51,904 nt of DNA from a virus (lineage: Duplodnaviria > Caudoviricetes). Shown here in pieces: positions 28,901 to 38,335 of the stretch. The position numbers and the translations under genes were made by a program. The DNA is taken from positions 1 to 51,904 of IMG/VR virus record IMGVR_UViG_3300008267_000139; one strand, given 5' to 3'. The notes beneath the pieces are model-generated. The model saw nothing but the letters and a program-made list of their open reading frames with translations, was not told the DNA's origin and did no database searches. The first letter of the stretch is position 1; every line of letters starts with the position of its first letter.

Positions 28901-31900
28901 ACTACCAGTTACTGTTTGATTACCTACAAATATATTTGAACCAGTAGTTGCAAATATAGTTGAATCTAATCCATCTAATAAATTAGCATTAGAAGCATAT
29001 GATGAAGTTCCTAATAAACTACCTGTAAAGGAAGTAGCTTGCAATGAACCTGTTAATCCATAAGAGCCTGTTAGTTGTTTTGAATTAATCCAAACACTAC
29101 CACTCTTAATAAATAAATCACCATATGAGGATGATGTAGTAGAATCTATAACATCGTGTAATTCACCTAATTCATATCCATTATCTATTTTTACATAAAT
29201 AGATCCTACAGTAGCATCTATTCTTTCAGCATATCCTAGTCTTACTCCATGATTTGGAGCTACAGGAGGTGTTTGAGTATAAGTACCTGGTGTTGTACTT
29301 AGATATATTAATTGTCCTCCTATTAATCCGATTGTATTTAGTTTTCTTAAATTACCTTCAGTCATCACCCAACCTTCACTACCAGCTGGAATTGTTTCTG
29401 CAACAAATCCTAATGTGTTTGCTGAACCTTGTTCAGCAGTTGCTGAAGCTAATTTAACAGCTATTCTATTACCTTGTGATCCTGAAATGTATACTACTTG
29501 ACCTAATGTCATTGAAGCAGTAGTATTATTATAAACATATTGGTATAAATCACTACCAATTTTTAAAGTAACATTTCCACCTTCTAACCCAAATGTTAAA
29601 GTTCCTTCACCACTATCATATCCTAATCTACCAACAGCAGCTGTGAAGGAAGCTGAAGTATTAAAATCAATATAATCAGCATTATTTACTGATCCTGATA
29701 TTATTATATTAAGACCATATGATGCTGTTTGGGCAACTAATGAGCTGGATGCATTTAATGCATATGATGCAGATAAAGCATATGAAGATGAAACAGCGTT
29801 TAAAACATAGGATGCTGTGTTTGCATAAGAAGCACTTGTAGAAGCAGATGCGTATGAAGCTGATACAGCTTGAAGAACATATGATGCTGATTGGGCATTT
29901 TGAACATAAGAAGCAGTAAATGAATTTGCTGCTTGTGTTGAAAAGGATGCACTAGTTGAACTAGAAGCATACGATGCACTTGTTGCTGTTAAAGCATAAG
30001 ATGCACTTGTAGAAGCAGATGCATATGATGCAGATACAGCATTAAGAATATAGGATGCAGTGTTTGCAGTTTGAGCTAAAGTAGCAAAGGAAGCACTTAC
30101 TGCTTGAAGCACATATGAAGCGGTTTGAGCATTTTGAACATATGAAGCAGTATTAGCATTAGTAGCTTGAAGTGCATATGATGCACTAGTAGAAGCAGAT
30201 GCATAAGAAGCACTTATTGCTGTTAAAGCGTATGATGCTGTTATAGCATTAGAAGCATTAGATGCTGTTAAATCATTTATTACTCCATTTGTTCCTGTTA
30301 TACTTCCACTTACACTAATACTACCTGTAAATTGATGAGTGTTAGTTATTATGCTGCCAAAGCGAGTAGAACCAGTTACAAAATCAGTACTAGATGTTAT
30401 AACTTGTGCTACGATAGTTTGTGCTGTAAGAGTTCCTCTTACTAGGAAGTTATCTGCTGAAGAAGCTGTTGATGCAAATGAAGCACTTGTTGAAGCAGAG
30501 GCATAAGATGCAGAAACTGCATTAAGAATATAAGATGCCGTGTTTGCTGTTTGAGCTAGAGTAGCAAACGAAGCAGATATGGCTTGAAGTACATAGGAAG
30601 CAGTATCAGCATTAGTTGCTTGTAAAGCATATGAAGCACTAGTGGAACTAGAAGCATAAGATGAGCTTATAGCATTTAGAACATATGAAGCTGTTTGAGC
30701 GTTTTGTACATATGATGCAGTAAAGGCATTTGCAGCTTGTGTTGCAAAAGATGCACTTGTAGAGTTTAAAGCATATGATGCGCTTACTGCTTGTAATACA
30801 TAAGATGCTGTTTGAGCATTTTCTACATAAGAAGATGTTAAAGCATAAGAGGCGCTTGTAGAAGATGAAGCATATGATGAACTAACGGCATTAAGAATAT
30901 AAGAAGCAGTATTAGCTGTTTGGGCTAATGTCACAAATGAAGCACTTACTGCTTGAAGTACATAGGATGCTGTTTGAGCATTCTCTACATAAGAAGCAGT
31001 TTGTGCATTTGCTGCTTGTAAAGCATATGAAGCACTTGTAGAAGCAGACGCATATGATGCAGATACAGCATTAAGAATATATGAAGCTGTTGCTGAATTT
31101 GCAGCTTGTGTTGCAAATGCAGCACTTACAGCTTGTAAAACATATGATGCTGATTGGGCATTTTGAATATATGATGCTGTAGTTGAGTTTGCTGCTTGAG
31201 AAGCAAATGAAGCACTTACAGCATTAAGAACATAAGAAGCAGTAGTTGCGTTTGCTGCTTGTGTTGCAAATGAAGCACTAGTTGAAGCAGAAGCATATGA
31301 GGCACTTACTGCTTGAAGAACATAAGAAGCAGTTTGAGCATTCGAAGCACTTAAAGCATATGAAGCACTTACTGCATTTAAAATATAAGATGCTGTTACA
31401 GCGTTTTGAGCCCAACTTGCTGTACCAAGTAAAGAACCTGTAATCCCATTTGTTGCATTTATATTACCAGATATAGTTACAGAACCTGATTGTGCAAATG
31501 AACCTGTGAATACAATTGAATCTATATTTGCTGATAGTAATGTACCTGTACTTCCTGATATACTAACGGAGCCGGTTACACCTAAAGATCCAGTAATTTG
31601 TGCTGAACCTGTATATGGGAAAGGAGATACGTAGCCACTAAGATAAGAAGCAGTTATTGCATTTTGGGCTTGAGATGCACTGATAGCATAAGATGCACTT
31701 GTTGATGATGAGGCATAAGATGCACTAACAGCATTAAGAATATAGGAAGCAGTGTTAGCTGTTTGAGCTAATGTTGCAAATGAAGAAGATACTGCTTGAA
31801 GAACATAAGAAGCAGTAGTTGCATTTGCTGCTTGAGAAGCAAAGGAAGCACTAGTAGAACCACTAGCATAACTAGCGCTTAATACAGACATTGAAGATGT

Positions 31901-33055
31901 CTGGTTAGATAGTATTGCACTACTGTTATTAACATTTAAACTACCTGTTATATTAACAGAACCAGTAAATTGATGTGTGTTTGAAAGAAGAGTTCCAAAT
32001 TTTGTTGAACCGGTTACAAAATCAGTAGATGAAGTTATAACTTGAGCAACTATTGTTTGGGCAGTTAAGGTTCCCCTTACTAAAAAGTTATCAGCAGATG
32101 ATGCTGTTTGAGCAAAAGAAGTTGTTATTGCATTTTCAGCCCAGCTTGCAGTACCATATAAAGAACTAGTAATATTTTGTACTGTTAAACTTCCACTAAT
32201 ATCTAGTGAACCAGTCATTTCATGCTGGTTATTTGGATTAAGTTGGAATTTATTGTCAGCATTTACATCATTACCTCCTACAAAAAATCCTAAATGTGTA
32301 TTTGGGTTAATATTACCTATATGGAAATTACTGCCCGTTGCATAAAGGTAAGCATCATTAGGTCCACCAAGAAAACCACTAAAGCTTGATCCATTGATAC
32401 CCATATCAATATAGTTAGTAGTTTCACTACCATTATTTGCAGTAGCAACTATATCTGATGAAGCATTAGCTCCATTGTTTTCGTTTTGTATATTAAGTTG
32501 TAAATAATTATTTAAATTACCTTTACCACTTATAACGTTATATGAAGTAGAACTTGGTTGATAAACGAATAGGGCTTCAGGAGCAAATCCTGAAACTCCG
32601 TTTTGGTTAATAGCTATGCTGTATGCTCCACCTCCATTATCTACTTGAAACATAGTACTATCATCTAGTACTTGTGACTGGCTAAAATAGGGAATATGAG
32701 ATACTGTACCTTTTAAATTAAATAAAGAACCACTAAAAGACCCACTAAAAGAACCATTACCACTAGCAGCAAAAGAAGCACTAGTAGCATTTAAAGAATA
32801 TGAAGAACTTATTGAATTATTTGCCCAGCTAGATGTACCTTGTAATGAACCTATAAATGAGCCTGAAAATGATCCTGTAAAATTTCCTGTTGTAGAACCA
32901 ATTGTAACTATTTGTTCACCGCTAGATCCTGACTTTTTCATAAAAGCCAGACCGTCATATGTATTTAAAGCTATTTCTCCAAAATCAAGAGAAGAAGTTT
33001 CAGGGATTTTACCCGGTACCGCAGAACGGCGTAATTTAAGAAATTGATTTGACAT
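25976..33055 (-). CDS. Giant repeat-rich fibre protein (2359 aa)
   Basis: N-terminal LKLRRSAVPGKIP..GEIALNTYDG fibre-anchor motif; two long TASY/SASY repeat tracts flank globular domains; ELGELHDV and LVDLSDV joints. Confidence 0.85.
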   Translation of the reverse strand: MSNQFLKLRRSAVPGKIPETSSLDFGEIALNTYDGLAFMKKSGSSGEQIVTIGSTTGNFTGSFSGSFIGSLQGTSSWANNSISSSYSLNATSASFAASGNGSFSGSFSGSLFNLKGTVSHIPYFSQSQVLDDSTMFQVDNGGGAYSIAINQNGVSGFAPEALFVYQPSSTSYNVISGKGNLNNYLQLNIQNENNGANASSDIVATANNGSETTNYIDMGINGSSFSGFLGGPNDAYLYATGSNFHIGNINPNTHLGFFVGGNDVNADNKFQLNPNNQHEMTGSLDISGSLTVQNITSSLYGTASWAENAITTSFAQTASSADNFLVRGTLTAQTIVAQVITSSTDFVTGSTKFGTLLSNTHQFTGSVNITGSLNVNNSSAILSNQTSSMSVLSASYASGSTSASFASQAANATTASYVLQAVSSSFATLAQTANTASYILNAVSASYASSSTSASYAISASQAQNAITASYLSGYVSPFPYTGSAQITGSLGVTGSVSISGSTGTLLSANIDSIVFTGSFAQSGSVTISGNINATNGITGSLLGTASWAQNAVTASYILNAVSASYALSASNAQTASYVLQAVSASYASASTSASFATQAANATTASYVLNAVSASFASQAANSTTASYIQNAQSASYVLQAVSAAFATQAANSATASYILNAVSASYASASTSASYALQAANAQTASYVENAQTASYVLQAVSASFVTLAQTANTASYILNAVSSSYASSSTSASYALTSSYVENAQTASYVLQAVSASYALNSTSASFATQAANAFTASYVQNAQTASYVLNAISSSYASSSTSASYALQATNADTASYVLQAISASFATLAQTANTASYILNAVSASYASASTSASFASTASSADNFLVRGTLTAQTIVAQVITSSTDFVTGSTRFGSIITNTHQFTGSISVSGSITGTNGVINDLTASNASNAITASYALTAISASYASASTSASYALQATNANTASYVQNAQTASYVLQAVSASFATLAQTANTASYILNAVSASYASASTSASYALTATSASYASSSTSASFSTQAANSFTASYVQNAQSASYVLQAVSASYASASTSASYANTASYVLNAVSSSYALSASYALNASSSLVAQTASYGLNIIISGSVNNADYIDFNTSASFTAAVGRLGYDSGEGTLTFGLEGGNVTLKIGSDLYQYVYNNTTASMTLGQVVYISGSQGNRIAVKLASATAEQGSANTLGFVAETIPAGSEGWVMTEGNLRKLNTIGLIGGQLIYLSTTPGTYTQTPPVAPNHGVRLGYAERIDATVGSIYVKIDNGYELGELHDVIDSTTSSSYGDLFIKSGSVWINSKQLTGSYGLTGSLQATSFTGSLLGTSSYASNANLLDGLDSTIFATTGSNIFVGNQTVTGSLFTTGSNTLIGSTTLTGSLNITGSTTQTGNNTLLGNTTLSGSIIISGALGTNNPTVKIYGDTTHNGYVRFDPVTTNIDQSISASYIYVSGSTNDLYFSQNGNGYANTTRLRWLEGNLYTGLLNGGLITITTGSTWFNLSSGSGVIVNLNASLNDNPYPTIQYINWGNFVSQSITYLTSSVQSYIGINSSGQITQQTTPFVNGEYNTQILIGTVLHQNQATVNASITYPSVAYGYKQRTYDFIKAFGPLKLSGYTINPSSSLGLTIGGGTAFADGRNYQVDPNNPSYITDVGTTVSKIFRYYQSGSTFIQDTNAGAGYTVIDPANYNNNGTLTAVLPATPFTIQRIFWYPNSATKGIVVYYGNAQYASIADAAANINFETFSEVENTKQNAVYLGAIIIKYNGVFTNTADYSILPGGIFRSVGGAGGGGSTITTRLVDLSDVAISGPTGGQALVYNSTTTKWENLSYISASISGNSATATSAQTASYVLQAVSASFATNAVNATTASYVLQAVSASFATLAQTANTASYVLQAVSASNANLLDGLDSTVFATTGSNVFRGNQTITGSVAVTGSLTVVGSISGSNFTGSLLGTATTASYVLQAVSSSFATLAQTANTASYVLQAVSASYASASTSASFATQAANATTASYILNAVSASFASTASSADNFLVRGTLTAQTIVAQVITSSTDFVTGSTKFGTLLVNTHQFTGSVSVTGSLAVNGSNVILTNQTSSMSVLSASYASGSTSASFASQAQNAVTASYVLQAVSASFATLAQTANTASYVLNAVSASFATQAANANTASYVLQAVSASFATLAQTANTASFVTTAQTASYVLNAVSASYASSSTSASYAVTTSYADNFTVRNFLYVDSASLDYQQNLSVTTGSFQTIVSVATGSYRCAFFDYVTYSGSTVRAGTLVSTWSGSVTEYYENYTADLGGNTSVVILQTAISASNIVLQAGISGSAWSVRSLVRLL
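26330..27480 (-). repeat. Degenerate coding tandem repeats, distal tract
   Basis: Same 9- and 12-residue units as the 818-aa gene. Confidence 0.85.
29720..31870 (-). repeat. Degenerate coding tandem repeats, proximal tract
   Basis: Units TASYILNAV, SASYASAST, TASYVQNAQ and SASFATQAANAT repeated over about 2.1 kb. Confidence 0.85.
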
Positions 33056-33058
33056 GTC

Positions 33059-33107
33059 TTAGTATATACTAACGGTGAAAGCTATATATATAGCCGTTAA
33101 TAAATAT
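33059..33107 (-). promoter_or_regulatory. ATATTTAT motif plus structured leader of the giant fibre gene
   Basis: TAACGG..CCGTTA outer stem, GCTATATATATAGC inner palindrome, and an overlapping 14-bp palindrome TTAGTATATACTAA 3 nt before the ATG. Confidence 0.55.
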
Positions 33108-33322
33108 TAATAGTCCCCTAAGTCGAGTGTAAAGAAACTACCACTATCACCAAATGTATCAACATTTTGAATTGTAAGAGAACCTGTAGTAGTTAGAGTA
33201 GAAGTAATAATTGCAGAACCAGATATTATAAAAGTATTGTCGCTACCACTAACAGTAAGTTGATTAGATCCACTGTTGTAGGACATATTAGATAATATTT
33301 GTTTTAATTTTAATCGTGCCAT
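33107..33322 (-). CDS. Small structural-type protein with five [ST]GS motifs
   Basis: 71 aa; abuts the gp15-like gene; ends in DLGDY. Confidence 0.6.
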   Translation of the reverse strand: MARLKLKQILSNMSYNSGSNQLTVSGSDNTFIISGSAIITSTLTTTGSLTIQNVDTFGDSGSFFTLDLGDY

Positions 33323-34573
33323 TTATGCAAATTTACCTATTGCTATAATTTGATCATCCGTTTCAAATGAATATCCTAAAGTATTTACATTAACATTTAA
33401 AGTACAAGTCCCATCACCATTATCAGTAAAACTAACTACTGAGTTAGAATCGACTAATTGTCCATTTGCAAAGAATGTAAAGTTTGCTACTGATGTTGCA
33501 GGTAAAGGAGAAGGAGCAGTTAAAAAAGAAGCATTAAAGGAAGCAACATTTGGTGTAATGCTTATAGGAACCGCGTACTTTGTTGAGCTTGATGCTAAAT
33601 AAGTAGCAACATCATTACTTACTCCAGCAGTTATATTTGTTATATTCATATTGTATGAATCGGAAATTGAAGCCCCACCCATTGCTGTTTTTGGTGCTTT
33701 AGGAGTTACAGTTGAACTGAATAATTCTGAACTGTCTGAAGTTTCCATTGTAAATATAACCTGAGCAGGGGAATAATGTAAATTAGTATCTGCTAAATGT
33801 TGATTAATTGTATCTGGGATTAGGTATCCATTTACTTTTAAAGTAACATTAGTAGTTACTACTCTATCTTCTCCACTACTAATAATATTTGTAGTAGCAA
33901 AGCTATCAATCATAGTTCTAAATTGATATCTATTTTTATCCCCCCAATATGAATCAGCTGCAAATTCTATAGATTCAATTATATTATTGTTTTGTTCTAC
34001 ATAGTTTGTAAATATAATACACTCATAGGTCACAGTAACATAATCAGGTACTACAGAAATATAATATTGTTTTGATGGAATTCTATTTGTTAATATAGAA
34101 AATTTATCGTATTGGTTTCTTTGATTATATCTTGTTTCAAAAGTCTGAAATAATGATGCTAAGTTACCATCTATTTTATTTCCTAAACTACGATTTTTTT
34201 CAATATTAGTTCTTTTATACATTATAAGAGGAACTACTAATTTACCATTAGTATCTCTATAATATCCATCTGCTTGAACTGATTTCCAACGTTCAGGAGA
34301 ACCATATATAACAGGAACAGCCATTCTATTTCCATCTTGTACTACAGTTGGTAAAACTGCAGTTTCAAAATAATATTTAATAGCATAATCAATGTCTTCT
34401 AAACCAATAGAAAAATCCTTTATATTATCTGTTTTACGAGTAACATTTAATGCTCTATTGTCTCGATGAGTAAATACATTTTGACTAACAGGCTTACCTT
34501 GGTTAAGGTAAGGATTAATAGTATCTTGTACTATTTCTGCTTGGTTTTTTGGTATGGGTTTTCTATCCCTCAT
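33323..34573 (-). CDS. Tail terminator / sheath stabiliser (gp15-like) with a C-terminal extension
   Basis: VPVIYGSPERW..VPLIMYKR..PDYVTVTYECIIFT..LKVNGYLIP. Confidence 0.7.
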   Translation of the reverse strand: MRDRKPIPKNQAEIVQDTINPYLNQGKPVSQNVFTHRDNRALNVTRKTDNIKDFSIGLEDIDYAIKYYFETAVLPTVVQDGNRMAVPVIYGSPERWKSVQADGYYRDTNGKLVVPLIMYKRTNIEKNRSLGNKIDGNLASLFQTFETRYNQRNQYDKFSILTNRIPSKQYYISVVPDYVTVTYECIIFTNYVEQNNNIIESIEFAADSYWGDKNRYQFRTMIDSFATTNIISSGEDRVVTTNVTLKVNGYLIPDTINQHLADTNLHYSPAQVIFTMETSDSSELFSSTVTPKAPKTAMGGASISDSYNMNITNITAGVSNDVATYLASSSTKYAVPISITPNVASFNASFLTAPSPLPATSVANFTFFANGQLVDSNSVVSFTDNGDGTCTLNVNVNTLGYSFETDDQIIAIGKFA

Positions 34574-34956
34574 TATATTCTACCTTGTCTTTGAAGATCT
34601 AATAATTTACCTAAAGCATCCATTGCTCTAAATAATTCATTATGCAATTTATTTATTTGTTTTGCTGTAGCTTTAACTTCAGGATTTGATGAAAAAGTAA
34701 AAGCATCAAATTCTTTTTTATTTTTAATAATATCTCTTTTAACTTGATCTATTCTAGGTAAATTAATTACTTGAGATATACTAGTTTCTGGGCGGGTTGG
34801 GTCTGAGGGCATTGCTACTGCTAATGATCCTCGTTTAAATAGTTCTTCTTTTTCTTCAGGAGATAAATCAGCAATAGTAAGTTTTCTATCTGTAGGTTTA
34901 TCAGCGTATATTTTTTTAGGTTTTTCTAACTCTTGTAAAATGTCTAATAATTTCAT
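34573..34956 (-). CDS. Hypothetical protein, possibly an internal head protein
   Basis: Starts MKLLDILQE, a short peptide ending in an L-x-E site. Confidence 0.6.
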   Translation of the reverse strand: MKLLDILQELEKPKKIYADKPTDRKLTIADLSPEEKEELFKRGSLAVAMPSDPTRPETSISQVINLPRIDQVKRDIIKNKKEFDAFTFSSNPEVKATAKQINKLHNELFRAMDALGKLLDLQRQGRI

Positions 34957-34966
34957 TTTATATATT

Positions 34967-35308
34967 TTAATATGATCCTACTTTAATAATTGTATTGTAG
35001 CGAGGTATAAATTGTAATAAACCAGGTACTCTATTTTTAGTTACAGCATCAATACCAATATCTTTAATAGAAGTTTTTGCATCTCCTCTACCAATATATT
35101 TTACTTTAAGTAAAGAATATTCATAATCTTTAGTTGCTTTAGCATCTAAAAAATCACTTTGTTCAATAGTAACAACAACTACACCATTTAAAGCCCTAAT
35201 TTCATTGTAAATTTCAACTTTATTTTGATCAGCTCTTGTTTTAATAAGAACATCACATCTAAAAATTGTTATGCCTTCGTTTAGTAATATTTTACCTAAT
35301 AATCCCAT
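34967..35308 (-). CDS. Hypothetical protein
   Basis: 113 aa; starts MGLLGKILLNE; contains IRALNGVVVVT. Confidence 0.6.
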   Translation of the reverse strand: MGLLGKILLNEGITIFRCDVLIKTRADQNKVEIYNEIRALNGVVVVTIEQSDFLDAKATKDYEYSLLKVKYIGRGDAKTSIKDIGIDAVTKNRVPGLLQFIPRYNTIIKVGSY

Positions 35309-35922
35309 TAGCTGTATTGAATTAAGTTAAGTTTTGTTGTTCTTGTTAAGTGGGCCTCTAATACATATAAAACTACATATCCTGGGGTTCCATTTTCAGT
35401 TGAATTGGTTTGGTTTCCAGGTAGTGTTACTGTTGAACGAGTAACAGTATGCACTTCATAGAATTTTTCTTGTTCTGTTAGTATATCACCTACTTCAGGA
35501 GTAAAATTTAATCCAGAAGTGTCTATATTTAGTTTTGGTATGGTTACTTTTAATGTTTGATTTACATCAGGACCAAATTCAGTATCTGTGTATACATAAT
35601 CTCCTCTATCAATTAGGCATTTTACTTCTACAGGAGGATAATACCATTTTTCTACTGATTCTCCATACATGTTAACCATTGTTTTGTACAGATCAATTTT
35701 AAAATACCCAACAATCATGTTGGAGTAATTAATTTGAGTTTGTACTGCTTGTTCTACTACAGGATTTGGGCTTATTGAGCTAGTAGGTGAGTTTGCTGAT
35801 CCTGTTGGTGATGCAGGAGGAGCAGGCGGTTTTGGTGGAGGTGTTGGCAACCCTGATGGTTGGGGGTTTATATTTCCTCCTCCTGTTGGTGGATATTTTT
35901 GTATGCCTCCTGGTATTCCCAT
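35308..35922 (-). CDS. Head closure/neck protein (gp14-like) with a Pro-rich N-terminus
   Basis: VGYFKIDL..NMYGES..PVEVKCLIDR..PEVGDIL..FYEV; follows the gp13-like gene. Confidence 0.65.
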   Translation of the reverse strand: MGIPGGIQKYPPTGGGNINPQPSGLPTPPPKPPAPPASPTGSANSPTSSISPNPVVEQAVQTQINYSNMIVGYFKIDLYKTMVNMYGESVEKWYYPPVEVKCLIDRGDYVYTDTEFGPDVNQTLKVTIPKLNIDTSGLNFTPEVGDILTEQEKFYEVHTVTRSTVTLPGNQTNSTENGTPGYVVLYVLEAHLTRTTKLNLIQYS

Positions 35923-37589
35923 TAGAATATATAGATTGGTAAAGGAATTTGTTGTAAAGTATCACGAGTAAAGCCAGCTTCAAGTTGTTTACGCTCTAAT
36001 TGACCTTTTCTTGAGGTTTCATTTAACATTTCCTTTAGTTCATTAATCAAATTTTCTTTTTCAGTTCTAGCATCTGTAATCATTTCACTACCTTGGAGTG
36101 GTCCTACTCCTTGAATATTAAGATTAGCAAATTGAATACGAATATGTGCTTCAATTTCTCTACACAGTGCTAGAGTATATTTAAATATCCAAGTTCTACC
36201 TACAGTATTAATTTTAGAGTAAATAGGATTTCTAAAAGGAGTATTCATTATATCTGTAACGATATTGTTTCTTGTATCTTTTATAGCACTAAATTTATTA
36301 CTTAAAGTAACATATTCAAAAAACAAATTTTTATCTCTATCAGGAATAGGGAATATTTTTAACTGGTTGTTTACTAGATTAAATGAATAAGCTGCTTTTC
36401 TAATTTGATCATTAAATTCAATTGCTTGAATTCTTTGAACATCAAAGTTAATTGGCATTAATAAGAAGTTAATACCAGGAGAAAATTGACCAAATCCAAA
36501 TGTTTCAAGTAATGATTGAATACCAGTACCTGTACCAGCATATGGATCAAAATATCTTACAATTGCTGGTGGTTCTTCATAAAATATTCTTCTAATTTCA
36601 ATTCTATCATTTGACCCTAAAGAAGCAGAAGCAACAGCCCATGCATTTAAATCATAGTTTTGAACTCCTGCTTTCATTGCTAATGACCCTGTTTTAATAT
36701 CATAATGCCCACCAACTCCAGCTTCAGCAGCATAATCATCAGCAATAGTAGTTGTTAAATTAGCTAAATTATTACTGATTAACCTATTATTTAAAGCAGG
36801 AGTATTACTATCTTGAATATAAACAGTAGGAATAGATCCAGTTCCAAATACTGCTGATCCACCTGCAATCTGAGGTGATGTTACATAAGTATAAACATAA
36901 CTACCTGTAGTTGTGATAATATATGGATCTCCGGTTATGCCTGACCCTGTTGTATATCCTCCTATTTTATTAAATTGATTATAGACATACACACTAAGAT
37001 CTAAAATTATACCTAGATCTTGGTCTAAATATTCAGTAGCAAAAGTCATTGCTTTTACTTGTTTTTGATCTAAAGCTATAAAGTCAGACAATGAAGCTGA
37101 GAGGGTATATATTTCTCCATCTACTATTGATTGAGAGTAGGCAGGAGCATAATCAAGTTCTTCCCAGGTTGATAAGCGAGGACCTGACCAAGTAACAGGT
37201 GAATTTACATCAATACTATTAACAAAGGTAAATTCTGAATTGTTAAAGGGTAGTGAATCTGAACCTTCTATGTTAATATAGTTATCTCTAATTTTAAATT
37301 GATAGACCATATTACCATATGTAGTAACTGCTTCTTCAAAAGCAGCATACACAGTAAGATCACTAATATTAAGTTGGGCAGGACTAGCTACGTAGTTACC
37401 AGTAGCTACATTATATAAAGGACCAGAAATACCTAAACGTTGTGCTACAAATTTAGTACAGCTTTTGGCATCCCTAATAAATTCAGGATCATTAATATAA
37501 TACTCAAAAGGAGTATTACCTTTTACTGGGCTTAAATATGATGTATCGCCAAAGTATGTGTCGTAAAGATCTTTAAGATTGATTGCCAT
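35922..37589 (-). CDS. Neck / head-tail adaptor protein (gp13-like)
   Basis: AQRLG..YAAFEEAVTTYG..WIFKYTLALCRE..EKENLINEL..PLPIYIF. Confidence 0.7.
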   Translation of the reverse strand: MAINLKDLYDTYFGDTSYLSPVKGNTPFEYYINDPEFIRDAKSCTKFVAQRLGISGPLYNVATGNYVASPAQLNISDLTVYAAFEEAVTTYGNMVYQFKIRDNYINIEGSDSLPFNNSEFTFVNSIDVNSPVTWSGPRLSTWEELDYAPAYSQSIVDGEIYTLSASLSDFIALDQKQVKAMTFATEYLDQDLGIILDLSVYVYNQFNKIGGYTTGSGITGDPYIITTTGSYVYTYVTSPQIAGGSAVFGTGSIPTVYIQDSNTPALNNRLISNNLANLTTTIADDYAAEAGVGGHYDIKTGSLAMKAGVQNYDLNAWAVASASLGSNDRIEIRRIFYEEPPAIVRYFDPYAGTGTGIQSLLETFGFGQFSPGINFLLMPINFDVQRIQAIEFNDQIRKAAYSFNLVNNQLKIFPIPDRDKNLFFEYVTLSNKFSAIKDTRNNIVTDIMNTPFRNPIYSKINTVGRTWIFKYTLALCREIEAHIRIQFANLNIQGVGPLQGSEMITDARTEKENLINELKEMLNETSRKGQLERKQLEAGFTRDTLQQIPLPIYIF

Positions 37590-37631
37590 TATTTAGATAG
37601 TATTTAACACGTATAAATATTGGTATACTTA

Positions 37632-38300
37632 CTATTTACCATATTCATACTCAAGTATCTTACCTACTAAATCAGATCTGTGGTTTTCTTTCAATTTAAT
37701 CCACTTAATTTCATCTATTTTTTTAGATAGTTCGATAACATAAGTTAAACCGTTCATTTCACCCGTTGACGACTTGATATCGGTTTGTTCATTATCACCA
37801 TTAATAACAATTTTACCAGTTTTGCCTAAACGTGTTAATATAGCTAGCATTTCACCTTTAGTTAAGTTTTGTGCTTCTTCAACGATTAATATATCGTCAA
37901 TTGTTTTACCACGAATAAATTGGACTGGTAAGGCTTTGATTTTTTCTTCTTCTAATAATCTAGGAACTTCATTTTTATCTGTGCAACATTTGGCTAAGTT
38001 TTCAATGAGTGCTTCCATGTAAGGATCAAATTTTTCATTTAATGCTCCTGGGAGATATCCTAGGCTTTTGCCTACTTCAATTGCTGCTCGTGTATTATAT
38101 ATACAACTTATTTGTTTTTTCTTTAGAAAATCTAATGCTGCTTGAGCACATACTAAAGATTTACCACTACCTGCTCTGCCCGTAACTACTACTATTTGAT
38201 TTTCAACTATTAACCTTTTTGCTTCTTTTTGTTCTTCGTTTAACTGTAAAACATTAATTGCTTTAATTTCATTTTTACGCACACGATTTGGTTCCTTCAT
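37632..38300 (-). CDS. phoH: PhoH-family ATPase
   Basis: GRAGSGKS, LGYLPG, FIRGKT, IVEEAQN, LTRLG, GDNEQTD, NHRS. Confidence 0.93.
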   Translation of the reverse strand: MKEPNRVRKNEIKAINVLQLNEEQKEAKRLIVENQIVVVTGRAGSGKSLVCAQAALDFLKKKQISCIYNTRAAIEVGKSLGYLPGALNEKFDPYMEALIENLAKCCTDKNEVPRLLEEEKIKALPVQFIRGKTIDDILIVEEAQNLTKGEMLAILTRLGKTGKIVINGDNEQTDIKSSTGEMNGLTYVIELSKKIDEIKWIKLKENHRSDLVGKILEYEYGK

Positions 38301-38335
38301 AAACGGTTTATTTGTTTAATCTAATTTATTTTATA

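Noticed and set aside
22430-31870. CRISPR array or ice-nucleation protein
   Set aside because: The repeats are in-frame, degenerate at synonymous sites and have no spacers; they do not match the 16-residue AGYGSTxTA pattern.
17383-33055. Diversity-generating retroelement acting on the fibre or LamG genes
   Set aside because: No reverse transcriptase in the window; both copies of each repeat are coding and the mismatches I compared are not adenine-specific.
37632-38300. phoH as a novel auxiliary gene
   Set aside because: It is common in large tailed phages.
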